DNA from: the human T2T-CHM13v2.0 reference genome, Homo sapiens
Length of the DNA stretch: 64,000 nucleotides
Assembly (NCBI RefSeq): GCF_009914755.1
Contig: NC_060929.1
Reading direction: 5' to 3' (one strand)
Under the pieces are notes generated by a model. It was not told the DNA's origin. It worked only from the letters and a program-made list of their open reading frames with translations, and did not search any database. Of the stretch, positions 58,675 through 64,000 are shown in pieces; within the stretch, counting starts at the first letter, position 1, and the number at the start of each line of letters is the position of its first letter. Both the position numbers and the translations under genes were made by a program.

Positions 58675-58884
58675 TTATGCCCATCTTGGCTGAAAAATAA
58701 AATCTATATCTAACTTGCTGTTTTCTCTTTGTCACCTATGTACTTTGTTCTTTTCTAAATTTTCTTGTTTTGCTGCGTCTTTTTGGAGTAATGGTGATTT
58801 GATGTTCTATTTTATTGTTTATTTTGGCTTATAACCTTTATCTTTTATTTCTATGTTTTTTGTTATTATTTAGCAATATGTTAC

Positions 58885-60397
58885 GGTTACTGGAAAGGGG
58901 TCCTGATCCAGACCCCAAGAGAGTGTTCTTGGATCTTGCACAAGAAAGATTTCAGGGTGAGCCCTTAGAGTAAAGGAAACTAAATTTATTAAGAAAGTAA
59001 AGGAATCAACAATGGCTACATCAGACAGAGAAGCCCTGAGGGTTGCTGGTTGCCCATTTTTATCGTTATTTCTTGATTATGTGCTAAACAAAGAGTGGAT
59101 TCTTCATGCCTCCCTTCTTTAGACCATATAGGGTAACTTCCTGATGTTGCTATGGTATTTGTAAACTGTCATAGCACTAGTGGGAGTATAGCAATGAGGA
59201 CGACCAGAGGTCATTCTTGTAGCCGTCTAGTTTTGGTCAGCTTCTTTACTGCAACCTGTTTTAGCAGCAAGGTCTTTATGACCTGTATCTTGTGCTGACC
59301 CCCTATCTCATTCTATTGAAGGGGTGGGTTGCCCCTCCACACCTGTGGGTGTTTCTCGTTAGGTGGAACGAGAGACTTGGAAAAGAAAGAGACACAGAGA
59401 CAAAGTATAGAGAAAGAAAAAGGGGCCCAGGGGACTGGCGTTCAGCATAAGGAGGATCCACGCCGGCACCGTCCTCTGAGTTCCCTTAGTATTTATTGAT
59501 CATTATCGGGTGTGGCAGGATAATAGGATAATAGTGGAGAGAAGGTCAGAAGGTAAAGACGTGAACAAATGTCTCTGCATCATAAACAAGGTAAAGAAAA
59601 AAGTGCTGTGCTTTTGATGTGCATATACATAAACATCTCAATGCCTTAAGGAGCAGTATTGCTGCCAGCATGTCCCACCTCCAGCCCTAAGGTGGTTTTC
59701 CCCTATCTCAGTAGATGGAATATACAATTGGCTTTACACCGAGACATTCCATTGCCCAGAGACGAGCAGGAGACAGAAGCCTTCCTCTTATCTCAGCTGC
59801 AAAGAGGCGCTCCTTCCTCTGTTACTAATCCTCCTCAGCACAGACCCTTTACGGGTGTCGGGCTGGGGGACGGTCAGGTCTTTCCCTTTCCACGAGGCCA
59901 TATTTCAGACTATCACATGGGGAGAAACCTTGGACAATACCTGGCTTTCCTAGGCAGAGGTCCCTGCGGCCTTCCGCAGTATTTTATATCTCTGGGTACT
60001 TGAGATTAGGGAGTGGTTTGAGATTAGGGCGTGGTGATGACTTTTAACAAACATGCTGCCTTCAAGCATTTGTTTAACAAAGCACACCCTGCACAGCCCT
60101 TAATGTATTTAACCCTGAGTTGACAGGGCACATGTTTCAGGGAGCACACGGTTGGGGGTAGGGTTACAGATCAACAGCATCTCAAGGCAGAAGAATTTTT
60201 CTTAGTACAGAACAAAATGGAGTCTCCTATGTCTACTTCTTTCTACACAGACACAGTAACAATCTGATTTCTCTTTCTTTTCCCCACATCTGTGACTTAG
60301 AATACCTAATCTGAGAATGCAGCCCAGTAGGTTTCAGCTTTATTTTAACCCAGCTCCTATTCAAGATGGAGTTGCTCTGGTTCAAACATCTCTGACA
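58885..60397 (-). mobile_element. MER41A solo LTR split by LTR5
   Basis: ggaaaggggtcctgatccagaccccaag left end and caagatggagttgctctggttcaaacatctctgaca right end; lacks the tandem GAS block at ~59108. Confidence 0.9.
59317..60288 (-). mobile_element. HERV-K(HML-2) solo LTR, LTR5B/5A-like, 972 bp
   Basis: tgaaggggtgggttgcccctccacacc...ctttcttttccccaca; TSD tctat/tctgt. Confidence 0.95.
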
Positions 60398-60557
60398 TTT
60401 CCACTTACTTTCTTTCTTATTCTTTGCCACTGATTTCATATAATTTACTTCTATATGTGGTGACACCCTACAATATATGTTCATAACTTTGTACTGACAA
60501 TTTTCATTCAACATATGTAACTATGAGAATCACTTAAATACTTAACCACATAGTTAC

Positions 60558-60991
60558 TTTCATGCGCATCCGTGTGAAGAGACCACCAAACAGGCTTTGT
60601 GTGAGCAATAAAGCTGTTTATTTCACCTGGGTGCAGGTGGGCTGAGTCCGAAAAGAGAGTCAGCCAAGGGAGATAGCGGTGGGGCCATTTTATAGGATTT
60701 GGAAAGGTAATGGAAAATTACAGTCAAAGGGGGTTGTTCTCTGGTGGGCAGGGGCGGGGGTCACAAGGTGCTCAGTGGGGGAGCTTCTGAGCCAGGAGAA
60801 GGAAATTCACAGGGTTAATCACTCAGTTAAGGTGGGGCAGGAACAAATCACAATGGTGGAATGTCATCAGTTAAGGCGGGGCAGGGCCTTTTCACTTCTT
60901 TTGTGATTCTTCAGTTACTTCAGGCCATCTGGGCATATATGTGCAAGTCACAGGGGATGCAATGACCTGGCTTGGGCTCAGAGGCCTGACA
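60558..60991 (-). mobile_element. LTR7, 3' LTR of a HERV-H provirus
   Basis: tttcatgcgcatccgtgtgaagagaccacc...cagaggcctgaca; minus-strand AATAAA at 60617-60622; PPT aagaaggcaggaa at 60992-61004. Confidence 0.97.
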
Positions 60992-63900
60992 TTCCTGCCT
61001 TCTTATATTAATAAGAAAAATAAAACAAAATAGTGTTGAAGCGTTGGGTCGGCGACAATTTTTGGGGGGCGGTATGGAGAGAGAATGGGCGATGTTTCTC
61101 AGGGCTCCTTCAAGCGGGATTAGGGGTGGTGTGGGAACCTAGAGTGGGAGAGATTAAGCTGAAGGAAGATTTTGTGGTAAGGGGTGATATTGTGGGGTTG
61201 TTAGAAGAAACATTTGTCGTATAGAATGATTGGTGATGGCCTGGATACGGTTTTGTATGAATTGAAAAACTAAATGGAATAAGAGAAGGAGAAAAACAGG
61301 TATAAAAGGACTAAGAATTGGGAGGACCTAGGACATCTAATTAGAGAGTGCCTACAGAGCTTCGTCATAGTCCTGCCAGCAAAGATTATTTATTTACTTC
61401 AAGAGTTAAGAGTGGCAGTTTGGGGATAGCACAAGGAGATATCAGCTGTGATGGCTTGGAGAAACAGTGTAAACCAGCAGTGTAAACAAGAGCAGGGCAT
61501 GTATGAGTAGTTGAGAACGGTGAATAGGAGTATGACTAGAGAGAAGATAGTAGGGATGACAAGTTATTTGGGGGCACAGTCTAAGTTGGTCTGGTGTCTG
61601 GAATGAGACTGGGGCCTAATAAAAAGGAGCATCTATACAGGAGCTTAAATGGGCTGTACCTTGTAGCATTCTGAGGACAGGTCTGACTTCTGAGAAGGGA
61701 AAGTGGTAAAAGTATTGTCCAGTCCTTTTTAAGTTGGTGGCTGAGCTTGGTGAGGTGTGTTTTTAATAGACCATTAGTCTGTCACTGAATACTAAGAGCC
61801 TGAAAAAATGCTTGGCTGATTTGACTAATAAAGGTTGGTCTGTTATCAGACTGTATAGAGGTGGGAAGGCTAAACTGAGGAATTATGTCTGACAGAAGGG
61901 AAGAAATGACTGCGGTAGCCTTCTCAGACCCTGTAGGAAAGGCCTCTACCTATCTAGTGAAAGTGTCTACTTAGACTAAGAGGTATTTTAGTTATCTGAC
62001 TCAGGGCATGTTGAGTAAAGCTAATTTGCCAGTCCTGGGCAGGGACAAATCCTCGAGCTTGATGTGTAGGGAAGGGAGGGGGCCTGAATAATCCTTGAGG
62101 AGTAGTAGAATAGCAGATAGAATAGCAGATGGAACACTGAGAAGTTATTTCCTTGAGGATAGATTTCTATGATGGAAAGGAAATGAAAGGTTCTAAGAGG
62201 CAGGCTAGTGGCTTGTACTATAGCATAGCCTGCCTTTGCTGGTGTATGGTGATTAGGCCTGGTGGAACTGCCATCAGTAAATCAAGCGTGATCAGGGTGA
62301 GAAGCAGGGAAGAAGGAAATGTGGGGAAATGGGATGAACATCAGGTGGATCAGACAGATGCAGTCATGAAGATCAGGTGTGGTATCTGGAATAATGTGGG
62401 AGGCTGGATTGAAGTCCTGGCCATGAACAATGGTAATTGTGGGACTTAACAAAGAGTGAGTACAGCTGAAGGAGCCGGGGAGCAGAAAGTATATGCGTCA
62501 GGTATGAGGAAGAAAATAGATTTTGGAAGTTATGAGAAATGTAGAGAGTGAGTTGAGCATAGTTTGTGATTTTGAGGGCCTCTAAAAGTATTAAAGCAGT
62601 GGCAGCCGCTGCATGCAGACATGAGGGCTAGGCTAAAACAGTAAGGTCAAGTTGTTTGGACAGAAAGGCTGCAGGGTGCGGTGCTGGCTCTTGTGTAAGA
62701 ATTCTGACCGCACTAACCATGCCTAGGAAGGAAAGGAGTTGTTGTTTTGTAAGGGATTGAGGTTTGGGAGATTAATCGGACACGATCAGCAGGGAGAGCA
62801 TGTGTGTTTTTATGAGAATTATGCCGAGATAGGTAACAGATGAGGATGAAATTTGGGCTTGACTGAAGTAATGGGGGCTGTCTGTGAAGCCTTGCGGCAG
62901 TACAGCCTTGGTAATTTGCTGAGCCTAATGGGTGTCAGGGTCAGTCTAAGTGAAAGCAAGGAGAGGCTGGGATGAAGGGTGCAAAGGAATAGTAAAGAAA
63001 GCATGTTTGAGATCTAGAACAGAATAATGGGTAGTAGAGGGAGGTATTGAGGATAGGAGAGTATATGGGTTTGGCACCACGGGGTGGATAGGCAAAACAA
63101 TTTGGTTGATAAGGCGCAGATTCTGAACTAACTTGTAAGTCTTGTCTGGTTTTAGGACAGGTAAAATGGGGGAATGGTAAGAAGCGTTTATAGGCTTTAA
63201 AAGGCCATGCTATAGCAGGCGAGTGATAACAGGCTTTAATCCTTTTAAAGTGTGCTGTGGGATGGGATCTTGACATTGAGCGGGGTAAGGGTGATTAGGT
63301 TTTAATGAGATGGTAAGGGGTGCATGATCGGTTGCCAAGGAGGGAGTAGAGGTATCTTATACTTCTGTGTTAAGGTGGGGGGATACAAGAGGAGGACGCA
63401 AAGTAGGCTTTGGATTGGGAAGAAGGGTGGCAATGAGATATAGCTGTAGTCCAGGAATAGTCAGGGAAGCAGATAATTTAGTTAAAGTGTCTCAGCCTAA
63501 TAAGGGAACTGGGCAAGTGGGGATAACTAAAAAGGAGTGCTTAAAAGAGTATTGTCTAAGTTGGCACCAGAGTTGGGGAGTTTTAAGAGGTTTAGAAGCC
63601 TGGCCGTCAATACCCACAACAGTTATGGAGGCAAGGGAAACAGGCCCTTAAAAAGAAGGTAATGTGGAATGGGTAGCCTCTGTATTAAGAAGGGGACGGG
63701 CTTACCTTCCACCGTGAGAGTTACCCAAATCTCAGCGTCTGTGATGGGTTAGGGGGCTTCCGAGGTGATCGGGCAGTGTCAGTCTTCAGCCGCTAAGCCG
63801 AGAAGATCTGGGAAGGAGTCAGTCAGAGAGCCTTGGGCCAGAGTTCCAGGGGCTCTGGGAGTGGCTGCCAGGTGAGATGAACAGTCCGATTTTCGGTGGG

Positions 63901-64000
63901 GTCCCACACAGATGGGACGTGGCTTAGGAGGAATACCGTGCTGTGGGCATTCCTTGGCCCAGTGGCAGATTTCCAGCATGTGTAGCAAGCTCCTGGGGGA
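60992..64000 (-). mobile_element. HERV-H internal region (pol/env-deleted type), continuing beyond the window
   Basis: Gag nucleocapsid remnant HWAKECPQHGIPPKPRPICVGPHRKSDC (63779..63988); only ~3 kb separates gag NC from the 3' LTR; no long pol or env ORF. Confidence 0.95.

Noticed and set aside
60000-60036. Tandem duplication ttgagattagggagtggt in LTR5, with TTAGGG units
   Set aside because: A local duplication of LTR sequence, not a telomeric array.
62153-63988. HERV-H ORFs as functional gag/pro/pol
   Set aside because: Short and frameshifted; the zinc knuckles and protease active-site region are disrupted and pol/env are largely deleted.

Overview
AT-rich primate (human-like) intergenic or deep-intronic DNA made mostly of nested transposable elements. 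I find no host protein-coding gene, RNA gene or CRISPR array. The homology-bearing ORFs in the track are broken L1 ORF1/ORF2, L1 ORF0 or HERV-H gag fragments; the rest look like repeat-derived or chance frames. Main elements: a full-length but inactivated L1PA5-like element (6346-12492, 17-bp TSD), several old L1MA/L1PB/L1M copies, nine Alus, MaLR/ERVL LTRs, DNA-transposon MITEs, an ancient two-LTR ERVL remnant (2596-6199), and a stack of primate ERVs at the right end (LTR1-like, MER41A containing LTR5, and a HERV-H provirus running off the window). I cannot support a new gene-encoded system. The most unusual signals are (i) a TSD-flanked retrocopy of a chimeric L1/Alu/THE1 transcript polyadenylated at the THE1 poly(A) site, (ii) a 216-codon antisense frame containing L1 ORF0, (iii) shared non-consensus variants between two L1PA copies 47 kb apart, suggesting gene conversion, and (iv) several inversion and fold-back scars. 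Family and subfamily calls come from recalled consensus sequences and need RepeatMasker/Dfam confirmation. Boundaries without a TSD are approximate.
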